Source: a virus
UHGV virus genome: UHGV-1353889
Strand: one strand, 5' to 3'
DNA length: 49,011 nt
Shown here: one piece after another, positions 10,061 through 19,826 of the stretch
Position numbering within the stretch: position 1 is the first letter of the stretch
Layout: every line of letters starts with the position of its first letter
Translations under genes and position numbers: made by a program
The notes under the pieces: generated by a model
The model's database searches: none
What the model saw: only the letters and a program-made list of their open reading frames with translations
What the model was told of the DNA's origin: nothing

Positions 10061-11008
10061 ATGAGCAATACAGCAAAAATCTACGATTTCAGCGCCGCAC
10101 ACGAGCGCAGGAGCAACAGGATGGAGAACCAGAAAACTGGTTACATTCCGTTGTACCGGAGCATTCTGAAACAGTCATGGGCGAAAGATGTTTATCTTCG
10201 CACCCTGTGGGAAAACCTTCTCCTGAATGCCGCCAGAAAGCCATACAAAGCGAATTTCAAAGGTCATGAATGGCATCTGCAACCCGGTCAACTGGTTGTG
10301 ACAGCAGCTGATTTAGGTCTTCAGTTATGCGACAGACATGGCAAGCCAGCAAGCCGTGATCAGGTTGAGCGGATGCTTCAGGTTTTTGTGAAAGAGGGGA
10401 TGATCTCCATTGATGGAGAGAAGCAAAAAGGTCGTGTGATCACCATCACAAATTACCATGAATACGCTCAAAAAATGGACAATTCACCCGCACATGAAGC
10501 CGCACAAACAACCGCACATGATGCCGCACATGACGAAGCCGGCAATGGCGCGGCTTTCAGAGTACATGCCGCACATGAAAGCGCACATGAAGCCGCACAA
10601 ACAACCGCACATCATGAACAAGAAGGTATTAACAAGAATATAAATAATACCCCCCTACCCCCCAATGGGGGCGGCGATGGGCAGGTTAAACCTGAACGTC
10701 GCAAGGCAGAACGAATCGACTACGAATCCTTCCTGAACGCCTACAACACCGAAGTCGGTGACAGACTTCCACACGCTGTTGCGGTCAACGAGAAACGAAA
10801 ACGCCGCCTGAAGAAAATTATCCCGCAACTGAAAACGCCAAACGTGGACGGTTTCAGAGCGTATGTCAGGGCGTTTGTGCATCAGGCCAAGCCGTTTTAC
10901 TTCGGAGACAACGACACGGGCTGGACAGCTGATTTTGATTACCTGTTGAGGGAAGATTCGTTAACGGGAGTACGGGAAGGGAAGTTTGCAGACAGGGGGA
11001 TTGCATGA
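10061..11008 (+). CDS. Replication initiator, O-like (non-lambda allele)
   Basis: 315 aa in the O position upstream of the helicase; central low-complexity [10 protein letters not shown] linker is encoded by direct DNA repeats (iterons). Confidence 0.65.
   Translation: MSNTAKIYDFSAAHERRSNRMENQKTGYIPLYRSILKQSWAKDVYLRTLWENLLLNAARKPYKANFKGHEWHLQPGQLVVTAADLGLQLCDRHGKPASRDQVERMLQVFVKEGMISIDGEKQKGRVITITNYHEYAQKMDNSPAHEAAQTTAHDAAHDEAGNGAAFRVHAAHESAHEAAQTTAHHEQEGINKNINNTPLPPNGGGDGQVKPERRKAERIDYESFLNAYNTEVGDRLPHAVAVNEKRKRRLKKIIPQLKTPNVDGFRAYVRAFVHQAKPFYFGDNDTGWTADFDYLLREDSLTGVREGKFADRGIA
10487..10650. repeat. Origin-like iteron array plus AT-rich tract inside the O-like gene
   Basis: Multiple tandem copies of CCGCACATGA/CCGCACAAAC-type units followed by AAGAATATAAATAATAC. 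Confidence 0.6.
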
Positions 11009-12381
11009 GACAGGATATCGAAGCGAGCGTTATCGGTGGCCTGCTGATTGGTGGATTAACTCCAACCGCCAGCGACGTTCTGGCAACACTGGAGCCGGAA
11101 GCGTTTTCAATTCCGCTCTACCGGAAAGCCTTCGAGGTTATCCGCAAGCAGGCGCGAAACAGAAACCTAATCGACGCGCTGATGGTTGCCGAGGCGTGCG
11201 GAGAGGAGCATTTCACGTCAATCCTGATGACCAGCAAAAACTGCCCGAGTGCCGCAAACCTGAAGGGATATGCCGGAATGGTCGCGGATAACTATCACCG
11301 CCGTCTGGTGCTGGAAATCATGGATGAAATGCGTGAACCAATTCAGAACGGAACCATCGATACATCGAGTCAGGCGATGGACGAGCTGGTAAAGCGTCTT
11401 TCAGCCATCAGAAAGCCCCGTGACGAGGTTAAACCTGTACGGTTAGGGGAAATCATCACCGACTACACTGACACGCTTGACAGGCGTCTGAGGAACGGAG
11501 AAGAGTCAGATACCCTGAAGACCGGAATCGAAGAACTTGACGCCATCACCGGAGGGATGAACGCAGAAGACCTGGTGATTATCGCCGCTCGTCCTGGTAT
11601 GGGTAAAACCGAACTGGCGCTGAAGATTGCCGAAGGCGTTGCAAGCCGCGTTATTCCTGGTTCTGACGTCCGGCGCGGAGTGTTGATTTTCTCGATGGAA
11701 ATGAGCGCATTGCAGATTGCAGAGCGAAGCATTGCCAACGCCGGGAGGATGTCGGTTAGCGTACTGCGAAATCCTGCATCGATGGATGACGAAGGCTGGG
11801 CGCGTGTTGCTAACGGCATGAGTCAGCTTGCAGATTTGGATGTATGGGTAGTCGATGCCTCGCGGTTATCGGTCGAAGAAATACGCTCAATCGCAGAACG
11901 GCATAAACAGGAAAATCCAAACCTGTCACTAATCATGGCGGATTATCTTGGCCTGATTGAGAAGCCGAAAGCAGACCGCAACGACCTCGCAATTGCTCAC
12001 ATCTCCGGAAGCCTGAAGGCGATGGCGAAAGACCTGAAAACGCCTGTTATCTCCCTAAGTCAGCTTTCACGCGATGTTGAGAAGCGACCAAACAAACGCC
12101 CGACAAACGCAGATTTGCGTGATTCAGGAAGCATTGAACAGGACGCAGACTCAATCATCATGCTCTATCGGGAAGCAGTATATGACGAGAACAGTAGCGC
12201 CGCGCCATTTGCTGAAATCATCGTGACGAAAAACCGTTTTGGCTCGCTTGGTACGGTTTACCAGCGATTCTGCAACGGACACTTTGTTGCATGTGACCAG
12301 GATGAAGCCAGACAGATTTGCACAGCATCAAATGCACCTGCTGCGCGTGGCAGACGATATGCACAAGGGGCTGACGTATGA
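11005..12381 (+). CDS. Replicative DNA helicase, DnaB-like
   Basis: 458 aa; Walker [11 protein letters not shown], DnaB-type RecA-fold motifs ([20 protein letters not shown]); start overlaps O-like gene stop. Confidence 0.85.
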   Translation: MRQDIEASVIGGLLIGGLTPTASDVLATLEPEAFSIPLYRKAFEVIRKQARNRNLIDALMVAEACGEEHFTSILMTSKNCPSAANLKGYAGMVADNYHRRLVLEIMDEMREPIQNGTIDTSSQAMDELVKRLSAIRKPRDEVKPVRLGEIITDYTDTLDRRLRNGEESDTLKTGIEELDAITGGMNAEDLVIIAARPGMGKTELALKIAEGVASRVIPGSDVRRGVLIFSMEMSALQIAERSIANAGRMSVSVLRNPASMDDEGWARVANGMSQLADLDVWVVDASRLSVEEIRSIAERHKQENPNLSLIMADYLGLIEKPKADRNDLAIAHISGSLKAMAKDLKTPVISLSQLSRDVEKRPNKRPTNADLRDSGSIEQDADSIIMLYREAVYDENSSAAPFAEIIVTKNRFGSLGTVYQRFCNGHFVACDQDEARQICTASNAPAARGRRYAQGADV

Positions 12382-12406
12382 CCATCTACGTCACTGAGCT
12401 AATAAA

Positions 12407-12438
12407 AGGCCTGCTGGTAATCGCAGGCCTTTTTATTT
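12407..12438 (+). terminator. Intrinsic terminator after helicase gene
   Basis: Hairpin AGGCCTGCTGGTAATCGCAGGCCT followed by TTTTATTT. Confidence 0.6.
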
Positions 12439-12453
12439 GGGGGAGAGTAAATC

Positions 12454-12660
12454 GTGGTTGAGTTGATTTTCTCTGCATTGAGGCTTCTCGGTGCTCTGTG
12501 GATGGTGGCGACGTTCATTGTGGTTGCTGGCTGTTTTGTCCGGTTGGTAGGCGAAGGTAAAGACCTGGGGAATATGCTTTTAGGTAGCATTTTCCTGTGG
12601 GGGATTATCGGTGTTATGCCTGTTGTCGTAGCAAAAATGGCGTGGCGTTTTGTGAGTTGA
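12454..12660 (+). CDS. Small hydrophobic (membrane) protein
   Basis: 68 aa, two predicted hydrophobic helices. Confidence 0.4.
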   Translation: MVELIFSALRLLGALWMVATFIVVAGCFVRLVGEGKDLGNMLLGSIFLWGIIGVMPVVVAKMAWRFVS

Positions 12661-12667
12661 GGTAACG

Positions 12668-12934
12668 ATGAAGATTACACGTTTACGCCACTTAACTAAC
12701 AACCCAGCACGCTGTTGGAGAGGAATGATGAGTACATTGGCTCAATTGATTAATGCAGACCTGGAAGAGTCAGGCGCACGGCATTATCGCTACTGGAAAG
12801 CCTCAAGACTTCCGATTATAGAGCGATACAATCGCAGGCCTAAGCCAAAGAGAAGCCCGCGAGACAGGGTGCTTAAGCGTCTGATGGGCATAAGCATGTC
12901 ACAGTTTACTAATTTCACCTGGTTCAAGCGGTGA
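12668..12934 (+). CDS. Hypothetical protein
   Basis: 88-aa ORF in nin-proximal region. Confidence 0.35.
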   Translation: MKITRLRHLTNNPARCWRGMMSTLAQLINADLEESGARHYRYWKASRLPIIERYNRRPKPKRSPRDRVLKRLMGISMSQFTNFTWFKR

Positions 12935-13181
12935 TGGAGAGGAATATGGACGAATCAAGAAAGCAGTTTGAAGAGTGGTTTAAAAACAAATTTATGAGGA
13001 AAACATCCGCACTGCTGGAGTCAAAGTGAAGGAGTGAGTATGAGCGCATACGAAGAAATCATGTTAGCCCTGCGATTCTTTTTCGGTGTGGAAGAAGATG
13101 AGAACGTAAATGAGATTATCGGGCAAGACCATGACCCGATAGGGACTATTGCAGCTGCACTTGACGATTACAGGAGCGTAA

Positions 13182-13625
13182 ATGGTGAGGAAACTAACGT
13201 TTGAACTAAGAAGCCCCATCCATCAGCAGAACGCCATTCAAGCTATCCAGCAAATTCTTCCAGACCCAACCAAACCAATCGTAGTAACCATTCAGGAACG
13301 CAACCGCAGCTTAGACCAGAATCGGAAGCTTTGGGCTTGCCTTGGTGACGTCTCTCGTCAGGTTGAATGGCATGGTCGCTGGCTGGATGCAGAAAGCTGG
13401 AAGTGTGTGTTTACCGCAGCATTAAAGCAGCAGGACGTTGTTCCTAACCTTGCCGGGAATGGCTTTGTTGTAATAGGCCAGTCAACCAGCAGGATGCGTG
13501 TAAACGAATTTGCGGAGCTATTAGAGCTTATACAGGCATTCGGTACAGAGCGTGGCGTTAAATGGTCAGACGAAGCGAGACTGGCTCTGGAGTGGAAAGC
13601 GAGATGGGGAGATCGGGCTGCATGA
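13182..13625 (+). CDS. ninB: NinB (Orf-family recombination mediator)
   Basis: 147 aa, near-identical to lambda NinB as I recall it. Confidence 0.9.
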   Translation: MVRKLTFELRSPIHQQNAIQAIQQILPDPTKPIVVTIQERNRSLDQNRKLWACLGDVSRQVEWHGRWLDAESWKCVFTAALKQQDVVPNLAGNGFVVIGQSTSRMRVNEFAELLELIQAFGTERGVKWSDEARLALEWKARWGDRAA

Positions 13626-14149
13626 CTATCAAATCAAATACGCCAGCACACGACAAGGACTGCTGGCAAACGCCGCTTTGGCTTTTTGATGCACTGGATA
13701 TTGAGTTTGGATTCTGGCTGGATTCGGCAGCGAGCGACAAAAATGCTCTGTGTGCTCACTGGCTAACTGAGGCCGACGACGCGCTCAATTCTGAGTGGGT
13801 AAGCCACGGTGCAATCTGGAATAACCCACCGTACAGCAATATCAGGCCGTGGGTGGAAAAAGCCGCTGAGCAGTGCATACAACAGCGACAGACGGTAGTT
13901 ATGCTTGTGCCAGAGGATATGTCAGTCGGATGGTTCAGCAAGGCTCTGGAGAGTGTCGACGAAGTTCGCATTATCACTGATGGACGGATTAATTTTATCG
14001 AACCATCGACAGGGTTGGAGAAGAAGGGAAACAGCAAAGGCTCCATGCTGCTGATTTGGCGACCGTTCATCAGTCCTCGACGGATGTTTACTACCGTATC
14101 CAAAGCGGCATTGATGGCGATCGGGCAGGGCGTCAGGAGGGCGGCATGA
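13622..14149 (+). CDS. DNA N6-adenine methyltransferase (phage Dam-type, orphan)
   Basis: ATG at 13622 overlapping ninB stop; NPPY catalytic motif (IWNNPPYSN); no adjacent restriction endonuclease. Confidence 0.7.
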   Translation: MTIKSNTPAHDKDCWQTPLWLFDALDIEFGFWLDSAASDKNALCAHWLTEADDALNSEWVSHGAIWNNPPYSNIRPWVEKAAEQCIQQRQTVVMLVPEDMSVGWFSKALESVDEVRIITDGRINFIEPSTGLEKKGNSKGSMLLIWRPFISPRRMFTTVSKAALMAIGQGVRRAA

Positions 14150-14322
14150 GGCGACAGCGACGAAGTTTCACCGACATCATCTGCGAAAACTGCAAATACC
14201 TTCCAACGAAACGCACCAGAAATAAACCCAAGCCAATCCCAAAAGAATCTGACGTAAAAACCTTCAACTACACGGCTCACCTGTGGGATATCCGGTGGCT
14301 TAGACATCGTGCGAGGAAATGA
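14146..14322 (+). CDS. ninE: NinE
   Basis: 58 aa, [52 protein letters not shown] matches lambda NinE. Confidence 0.85.
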   Translation: MRRQRRSFTDIICENCKYLPTKRTRNKPKPIPKESDVKTFNYTAHLWDIRWLRHRARK

Positions 14323-14684
14323 CAATGGATTATTCACAGTTAAGTGATTTTGAAATTAACGTGGCGGTATTCGAAGCTATTCATAACGGATCACCGGATT
14401 ACAAAGAAGGTGAGAATGGCGATATGGTGTTTGTCTCATTTGAGGGAGACATTGTAAACGGAGACGCAGTTGAAGTAGAAGTTGAGCGCGGTTCCTTTAA
14501 CCCATGCGCAAACCCAGCAGACGCATGGCCGATTATTGAAAAATACAGGATTAGCATTATCAATCTCGATGAAGACGAGTGGGGTGCACGCGGTGTGGCC
14601 TACTGTAAATCTAAGCGAGCTATACATGAAAATCCCCTCCGCGCCGCCATGATTGTCTTTCTCATGATGCAGAGAATCCAATAA
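14319..14684 (+). CDS. Nin-region protein (NinX/DUF2591-like, tentative)
   Basis: 121 aa between ninE and ninF. Confidence 0.4.
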   Translation: MTMDYSQLSDFEINVAVFEAIHNGSPDYKEGENGDMVFVSFEGDIVNGDAVEVEVERGSFNPCANPADAWPIIEKYRISIINLDEDEWGARGVAYCKSKRAIHENPLRAAMIVFLMMQRIQ

Positions 14685-14860
14685 TGCTTAGCCCATCCCA
14701 ATCCATTCAATACCAGAAAGAAAGCGTCGAGAGAGCTTTAACGTGCGCTAACTGCGGTCAGAAGCTGCATGTGCTGGAAGTTCACGTGTGCTCCGATTGC
14801 TGCGCAGAACTGATGAGCGATCCGAATAGCTCAATGTACGAGGAAGAAGATGATGGCTAA
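14684..14860 (+). CDS. ninF: NinF
   Basis: 58 aa manual translation [58 protein letters not shown] matches lambda NinF; below track cutoff. Confidence 0.8.
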   Translation: MLSPSQSIQYQKESVERALTCANCGQKLHVLEVHVCSDCCAELMSDPNSSMYEEEDDG

Positions 14861-15464
14861 ACCAGCGCGAAGACGATGTAAAAACGATGAATGTCGGGAA
14901 TGGTTTCACCCTGCATTCGCTAATCAGTGGTGGTGCTCTCCAGAGTGTGGAACAAAGATAGCACTCGAGCGACGAAGCAAAGAACGCGAAAAAGCGGAAA
15001 AAGCAGCAGAGAAGAAACGACGACGAGAGGAGCAGAAACAGAAAGATAAACTTAAGATTCGAAAACTCGCCTTAAAGCCCCGCAGTTACTGGATTAAACA
15101 AGCCCAACAAGCCGTAAACGCCTTCATCAGAGAAAGAGACCGCGACTTACCATGTATCTCGTGCGGAACGCTCACGTCTGCTCAGTGGGATGCCGGACAT
15201 TACCGGACAACTGCTGCGGCACCTCAACTCCGATTTGATGAACGCAATATTCACAAGCAATGCGTGGTGTGCAACCAGCACAAAAGCGGAAATCTCGTTC
15301 CGTATCGCGTCGAACTGATTAATCGCATCGGGCAGGAAGCAGTAGACGAAATCGAATTAAACCATAACCGCCATCGCTGGACTGTCGAAGAGTGCAGGGC
15401 CATCAAGGCGGAGTATCAGCAGAAACTCAAAGACCTGCGAAACAGCAGAAGTGAGGCCGCATGA
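14853..15464 (+). CDS. ninG: NinG (Rap) recombination-associated endonuclease
   Basis: 203 aa from the second Met of track ORF 14850..15464; near-identical to lambda NinG as I recall it. Confidence 0.9.
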   Translation: MAKPARRRCKNDECREWFHPAFANQWWCSPECGTKIALERRSKEREKAEKAAEKKRRREEQKQKDKLKIRKLALKPRSYWIKQAQQAVNAFIRERDRDLPCISCGTLTSAQWDAGHYRTTAAAPQLRFDERNIHKQCVVCNQHKSGNLVPYRVELINRIGQEAVDEIELNHNRHRWTVEECRAIKAEYQQKLKDLRNSRSEAA

Positions 15465-15507
15465 CGTTCTCAGTAAAAACCATTCCAGATCACAAGGGAG
15501 AAGGCGC

Positions 15508-15996
15508 ATGGGCATAAGAGAACTAAACCTCACCAAAGAACAGCACGAGTGGCTGAATGGCTGGCTTGAACTGTGGGGCGCATGGGTTTATTCAGGTCGT
15601 CTGGAAAAGCGCATGAGCAGCGTAATAGCTAAGTTCATGGAGAGCGTAGAGCCGGGAAGAGTTATGACAAGGCCAATGTGTAATGATGATGATGGAATGT
15701 TGATTTCTCAGGTCGTCGATTCCGTCATGTACATTGACAAGAAAGCCTTTGGCATCCTCCTCAGCTACTACGCCCACGGCTCTTCCAAGCACGCCATTGC
15801 ATCTTACTATCATCGCGTCGCAAGACCTCGCAAGATGTTATGCCGGGGCGGCGGGCGCATTCAAAAACCATCGCTCGCAACCTGTCGACGGGAAGTTGAC
15901 GAAATCATCAATGCCTCGTTGTTTATGATTTACCCGGTTCTGGATAGTGCGTTTAAAAACCGGAAACGTGTAGAGAAAATTAAACATATAGCATAG
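15508..15996 (+). CDS. Late-gene antiterminator Q (phage 21/82-type family)
   Basis: 162 aa from internal Met of track ORF; WGAW and CxDDD motifs resemble Q21-family proteins and differ from lambda Q. Confidence 0.6.
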   Translation: MGIRELNLTKEQHEWLNGWLELWGAWVYSGRLEKRMSSVIAKFMESVEPGRVMTRPMCNDDDGMLISQVVDSVMYIDKKAFGILLSYYAHGSSKHAIASYYHRVARPRKMLCRGGGRIQKPSLATCRREVDEIINASLFMIYPVLDSAFKNRKRVEKIKHIA

Positions 15997-16001
15997 AACG
16001 T

Positions 16002-16087
16002 GTTGACATCATTGAGCAAATGAGCAACACTATTCGCATAAGCTGCCGTTAGTGACTCTTAAGTTGCAACGGTGGCTTTTTTTATTT
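16002..16087 (+). promoter_or_regulatory. Putative pR' late promoter and tR'-like terminator
   Basis: TTGACA at 16002-16007; hairpin CCGTT..AACGG followed by a T7 run near 16050-16085. Confidence 0.4.
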
Positions 16088-16162
16088 GGGTCAGTCGTAT
16101 AAAGGTCATTACGGAAGGCTGCTAACCTTCTTATCGTGGTTCGAGTCCACGCTGTCCCGCCA
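16088..16162 (+). tRNA. tRNA gene (manual fold; anticodon loop CUGCUAA gives GCU; isotype uncertain)
   Basis: Acceptor GGGTCAG/CTGTCCC (one U-U mismatch), T-arm CGTGG-TTCGAGT-CCACG, 3' G-CCA; 4-nt variable loop is atypical for a GCU tRNA. Confidence 0.5.
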
Positions 16163-16167
16163 AATAT

Positions 16168-16243
16168 GCTGGTTTAGCTCCAATGGTAGAGCGGTCGCCT
16201 TGTAAGCGAATGGGTAGCGGTTCAAGTCCGTTAACCAGCACCA
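16168..16243 (+). tRNA. tRNA gene, predicted anticodon UGU (Thr) by manual cloverleaf
   Basis: 76 nt; perfect 7-bp acceptor stem GCTGGTT/AACCAGC, D-arm TAGCTCCAATGGTAGAGC, anticodon loop CTTGTAA, T-loop TTCAAGT, discriminator A plus CCA. Confidence 0.65.
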
Positions 16244-16485
16244 TAACTGAGCCGTAGCCACTGGATGTCCTGAATTCATCAGTGATAGTTATGCTGCGGT
16301 CTTCTACACATGACCTTCGTGAAAGCGGGTGGCAAGAGGCTGCGCTAACAACCTCCTGCCGTTTTGCCCGTGCATATCGGTCACGAACAAATCTGATTAC
16401 TAAACACAGTAGCCTGGATTTGTTCTATCAGTAATAGACCTTATTCCTAATTAAATAGAGCAAATCCCCTTATTGGGGGTAAGAC

Positions 16486-16809
16486 ATGAAGATGCCAGAA
16501 AAACATGACCTGTTAGCCGCCATTCTCGCGGCAAAGGAACAAGGCATCGGGGCAATCCTTGCGTTTGCAATGGCGTACCTTCGCGGCAGATATAATGGCG
16601 GTGCGTTTACAAAAACAGTAATCGACGCAACGATGTGCGCCATTATCGCCTGGTTCATTCGTGACCTTCTCGACTTCGCCGGACTAAGTAGCAATCTCGC
16701 TTATATAACGAGCGTGTTCATCGGCTACATCGGTACTGACTCGATTGGTTCGCTTATCAAACGCTTCGCTGCTAAAAAAGCCGGAGTAGAAGATGGTGGA
16801 AATCAATAA
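16486..16809 (+). CDS. S: Holin S (class I)
   Basis: 107 aa, near-identical to lambda S including the dual-start MKMPEK. Confidence 0.9.
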   Translation: MKMPEKHDLLAAILAAKEQGIGAILAFAMAYLRGRYNGGAFTKTVIDATMCAIIAWFIRDLLDFAGLSSNLAYITSVFIGYIGTDSIGSLIKRFAAKKAGVEDGGNQ

Positions 16810-17269
16810 TCAACGTAAGGCGTTCCTCGATATGCTGGCGTGGTCAGAGGGAACTGATAACGGACGTCAGAAAACCAGAAATCATGGTTATGACGTCATT
16901 GTAGGGGGAGAGCTATTCACTGATTACTCCGATCACCCTCGCAAACTTGTCACGCTAAACCCAAAACTCAAATCAACAGCCGCCGGACGTTACCAGCTTC
17001 TTTCCCGTTGGTGGGACGCCTACCGCAAGCAGCTTGGCCTGAAAGACTTCTCCCCCAAAAGTCAGGACGCTGTTGCACTGCAGCAGATTAAAGAGCGCGG
17101 CGCTTTGCCGATGATTGACCGCGGTGATATTCGTCAGGCTATCGACCGTTGCAGCAATATCTGGGCTTCACTGCCGGGCGCTGGTTATGGTCAGTTCGAG
17201 CATAAGGCTGACAGCCTGATTGCAAAATTCAAAGAAGCAGGCGGAACGGTCAGAGAGATTGAGGTATGA
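16793..17269 (+). CDS. R: Endolysin R (lytic transglycosylase)
   Basis: 158 aa, near-identical to lambda R as I recall it. Confidence 0.9.
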   Translation: MVEINNQRKAFLDMLAWSEGTDNGRQKTRNHGYDVIVGGELFTDYSDHPRKLVTLNPKLKSTAAGRYQLLSRWWDAYRKQLGLKDFSPKSQDAVALQQIKERGALPMIDRGDIRQAIDRCSNIWASLPGAGYGQFEHKADSLIAKFKEAGGTVREIEV

Positions 17270-17733
17270 ACAGAGTAACCGCGATTATCTCCGCTCTGGT
17301 TATCTGCATCATCGTCTGCCTGTCATGGGCTGTTAATCATTACCGTGATAACGCCATCGCCTACAAAGAACAGCGAGATAAAAAAGTCAGTGAGCTGAAG
17401 CAGGCGACCGCCACCATTACTGACATGCAGCAGCGCCAGCGTTCTGCTGATGCACTCGATGCTAAATACACGAAGGAGTTAGCTGATGCGAAAGCTGAAA
17501 ATGATGCTCTTCGGCGCAAGCTTGATAATGGTGGTCGGGTGTTCGTCAAAGGAAAATGCCCTGTGCCATCCTCAGACGAAACCTCCAGCGCCTCCGGCAT
17601 GGGCAATGATGCCACCGTCGAACTCTCTCCAGTTGCTGGACGAAACGTTCTCGGTATCCGGGACGGAATTATCCGCGACCAAACAGCACTAAGAACGCTT
17701 CAGGAATACATCAGGACGCAATGCCTTCGATGA
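17266..17733 (+). CDS. Rz: Spanin inner-membrane subunit Rz
   Basis: 155 aa, [30 protein letters not shown] matches lambda Rz N-terminus. Confidence 0.85.
   Translation: MNRVTAIISALVICIIVCLSWAVNHYRDNAIAYKEQRDKKVSELKQATATITDMQQRQRSADALDAKYTKELADAKAENDALRRKLDNGGRVFVKGKCPVPSSDETSSASGMGNDATVELSPVAGRNVLGIRDGIIRDQTALRTLQEYIRTQCLR
17486..17692 (+). CDS. Rz1: Spanin outer-membrane lipoprotein Rz1 (embedded in Rz, +1 frame)
   Basis: Lipobox LIMVVGC and proline-rich PPAPPAW; fully embedded in Rz. Confidence 0.7.
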   Translation: MRKLKMMLFGASLIMVVGCSSKENALCHPQTKPPAPPAWAMMPPSNSLQLLDETFSVSGTELSATKQH

Positions 17734-18077
17734 TAGCGATAATTTTACTCATCATCCTTCACATCTGGCTCTGTAGGCAGGGTGGTGAACACTTCTGGAG
17801 TGAATCCGGATTAAATATCTCATTGCTGATGCTTGATATTGAGCATCTGGCGCGCGGTAAGGGGCTGCGTTGAGATAAGAGCCAGTCATTACAAATACCA
17901 GGATTTAGCCTCGCATTTGCGGGGCTTTTTTACATCTGCAGTAAACCGCGCATCGCAGCGCGTAACAATCCCGAGTCTTTCAGAAAGCTGAGCCTGAGAA
18001 CTGCCGTATATGGTGGCGACCATCTCGGGGCGGCTTTTCTGTGCGAACAGGCTCATCTTTCTAAAAGGTAAGACGCT

Positions 18078-18599
18078 ATGAATATCGTTCCACTAAATTA
18101 CAAAGGCGAACCTATCCGCTTCAATACTGATGGCTGGATTAATGCCACTGATATTGCAAAACGTTTCGGGAAGCGTCTGGATCACTGGTTGTCCAACGCT
18201 GAAACTCTCGAATACGTTAGAGCTCTGGATGAGGTTTATTCAGGTGAGCCATCGAAAATTCTACATACCCGTGATTCCGGGTATGTAAAAACAAGCAAGG
18301 CACGAAAGGACAGGGGCGGCGGAACATGGCTGCATCCAAAGTTATCAGTTGCCTTTGCAAGATGGTGCGATCCGAAATTCTCCGTATGGTGCGACCTGCA
18401 CATTGATAGTCTGCTTCGCGGTGAACTGACTGAGCAGCAGAAATATGAGCAAGCATGTCGCATTCGCGATGACCGGAAATCAAAAGCCAGCAATGGGGCA
18501 AGAGAGATGGCTCGCTGGCGATGGGATAAGCCGGTTATTGAAGCAAATGTCGAGTACTGGCGCGAGCAACTGCAGTTGACTCTCGATATCGCGTGCTGA
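18078..18599 (+). CDS. KilA-N/Bro-N-like domain protein (tentative)
   Basis: 173 aa; N-terminal pattern resembling KilA-N domain. Confidence 0.4.
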   Translation: MNIVPLNYKGEPIRFNTDGWINATDIAKRFGKRLDHWLSNAETLEYVRALDEVYSGEPSKILHTRDSGYVKTSKARKDRGGGTWLHPKLSVAFARWCDPKFSVWCDLHIDSLLRGELTEQQKYEQACRIRDDRKSKASNGAREMARWRWDKPVIEANVEYWREQLQLTLDIAC

Positions 18600-18956
18600 T
18601 GGCAAACGCAAAACTGCGTTATCGGAAAAATCAAAGCATTACGAGAACTGAGCAACGGCTATCCATTACAAAGCCCATCTACGGGTGGGCTTGATAATGA
18701 AACCGGAATTTATTCTTGGCAACCAGTTACGGCAGTACCACGAAACAACCCAAGCCAGTAAGTGGGGAAATAACACTGGCAGCCACTGAAAGATGAACCT
18801 CCAGCCTTATGGCAAAAAAGATTCTTTGTGGTGGCGGACTGATGGAAAGACATCGGTTATTGCAGAGGCCATTCAATGAGTGGTCTCGACAATGGCTTAT
18901 ACCCTACACGGGATAACTTAACTGATATCCCTTTTAACGGATAAACGGAGCCAACA

Positions 18957-19199
18957 ATGGCAGAGATTATTCCCATGACTGAAGAACAGAAATTCCAGTT
19001 AGAGATTTATAAACTGGTCATGAACCAGAACGCAGCCGCAGAAGAAGCATTTCAATTCATTGGCACTGACGAACTGAAGCTTGAGCTATTCAAAATTCAC
19101 TTCCAGTCAGGCGGCGCTAATTCAGATATCACGATCCGCACATTCGAAGCGGTGCGTAAATCGAAGGAAGCGTTAGACCTGTTCACTACCGGAGCATGA
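18957..19199 (+). CDS. Hypothetical protein upstream of terminase
   Basis: 80-aa ORF with RBS. Confidence 0.4.
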   Translation: MAEIIPMTEEQKFQLEIYKLVMNQNAAAEEAFQFIGTDELKLELFKIHFQSGGANSDITIRTFEAVRKSKEALDLFTTGA

Positions 19200-19397
19200 T
19201 GTGAGCCGCGTAATCAATTTGGGTAAGGAGAAGAAATTCCCAATTACTCAAGAGCTATACGAGCGGCTGGAAAGCGCCATCCATGATTACGATGGTGAAA
19301 TCAGTTTATGTGAGGCGATTGGCACACTCGAATTGCTGAAGCAGTCATTGATTGAAGGCGCGAAAGAGTCCTCAACCTGAAATGACAACTAAGTGAG

Positions 19398-19826
19398 ATG
19401 AATATGGCGACTGAACCAAAAGCTGGTCGCCCCTCTGATTATATGCCGGAGGTGGCTGACGATATCTGCTCGTTGCTTTCTTCTGGCGAGAGCTTGCTGA
19501 AAGTATGCAAGCGCCCAGGTATGCCGGATAAGTCCACTGTTTTCCGCTGGTTGGCAAAGCATGAGGATTTTCGCGACAAGTACGCGAAGGCAACTGAGGC
19601 GCGAGCTGATTCTATTTTCGAAGAGATATTCGAAATTGCTGACAATGCGATTCCAGATGCTGCTGAGGTGGCAAAGGCAAGACTTCGCGTTGATACCCGC
19701 AAATGGGCGCTGGCCCGAATGAATCCCCGTAAGTATGGCGACAAGGTAACTAACGAGCTTGTCGGCAAAGACGGCGGCGCAATACAGATTGAAACATCAC
19801 CGATGAGCACTCTATTCGGAAAATGA
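19398..19826 (+). CDS. Terminase small subunit
   Basis: 142 aa immediately upstream of and overlapping the large terminase subunit gene. Confidence 0.7.
   Translation: MNMATEPKAGRPSDYMPEVADDICSLLSSGESLLKVCKRPGMPDKSTVFRWLAKHEDFRDKYAKATEARADSIFEEIFEIADNAIPDAAEVAKARLRVDTRKWALARMNPRKYGDKVTNELVGKDGGAIQIETSPMSTLFGK

Noticed and set aside
10487-10620. Short tandem repeats considered as a possible CRISPR array
   Set aside because: Repeats are ~10-12 bp, contiguous, without spacers, and lie inside the coding sequence of the O-like initiator; they are origin iterons
16244-16485. Region between the tRNAs and holin gene checked for a third tRNA or Shiga-toxin genes as in Stx phages
   Set aside because: No further cloverleaf with T-arm and CCA could be folded and there is no ORF of toxin size; region is only ~240 bp
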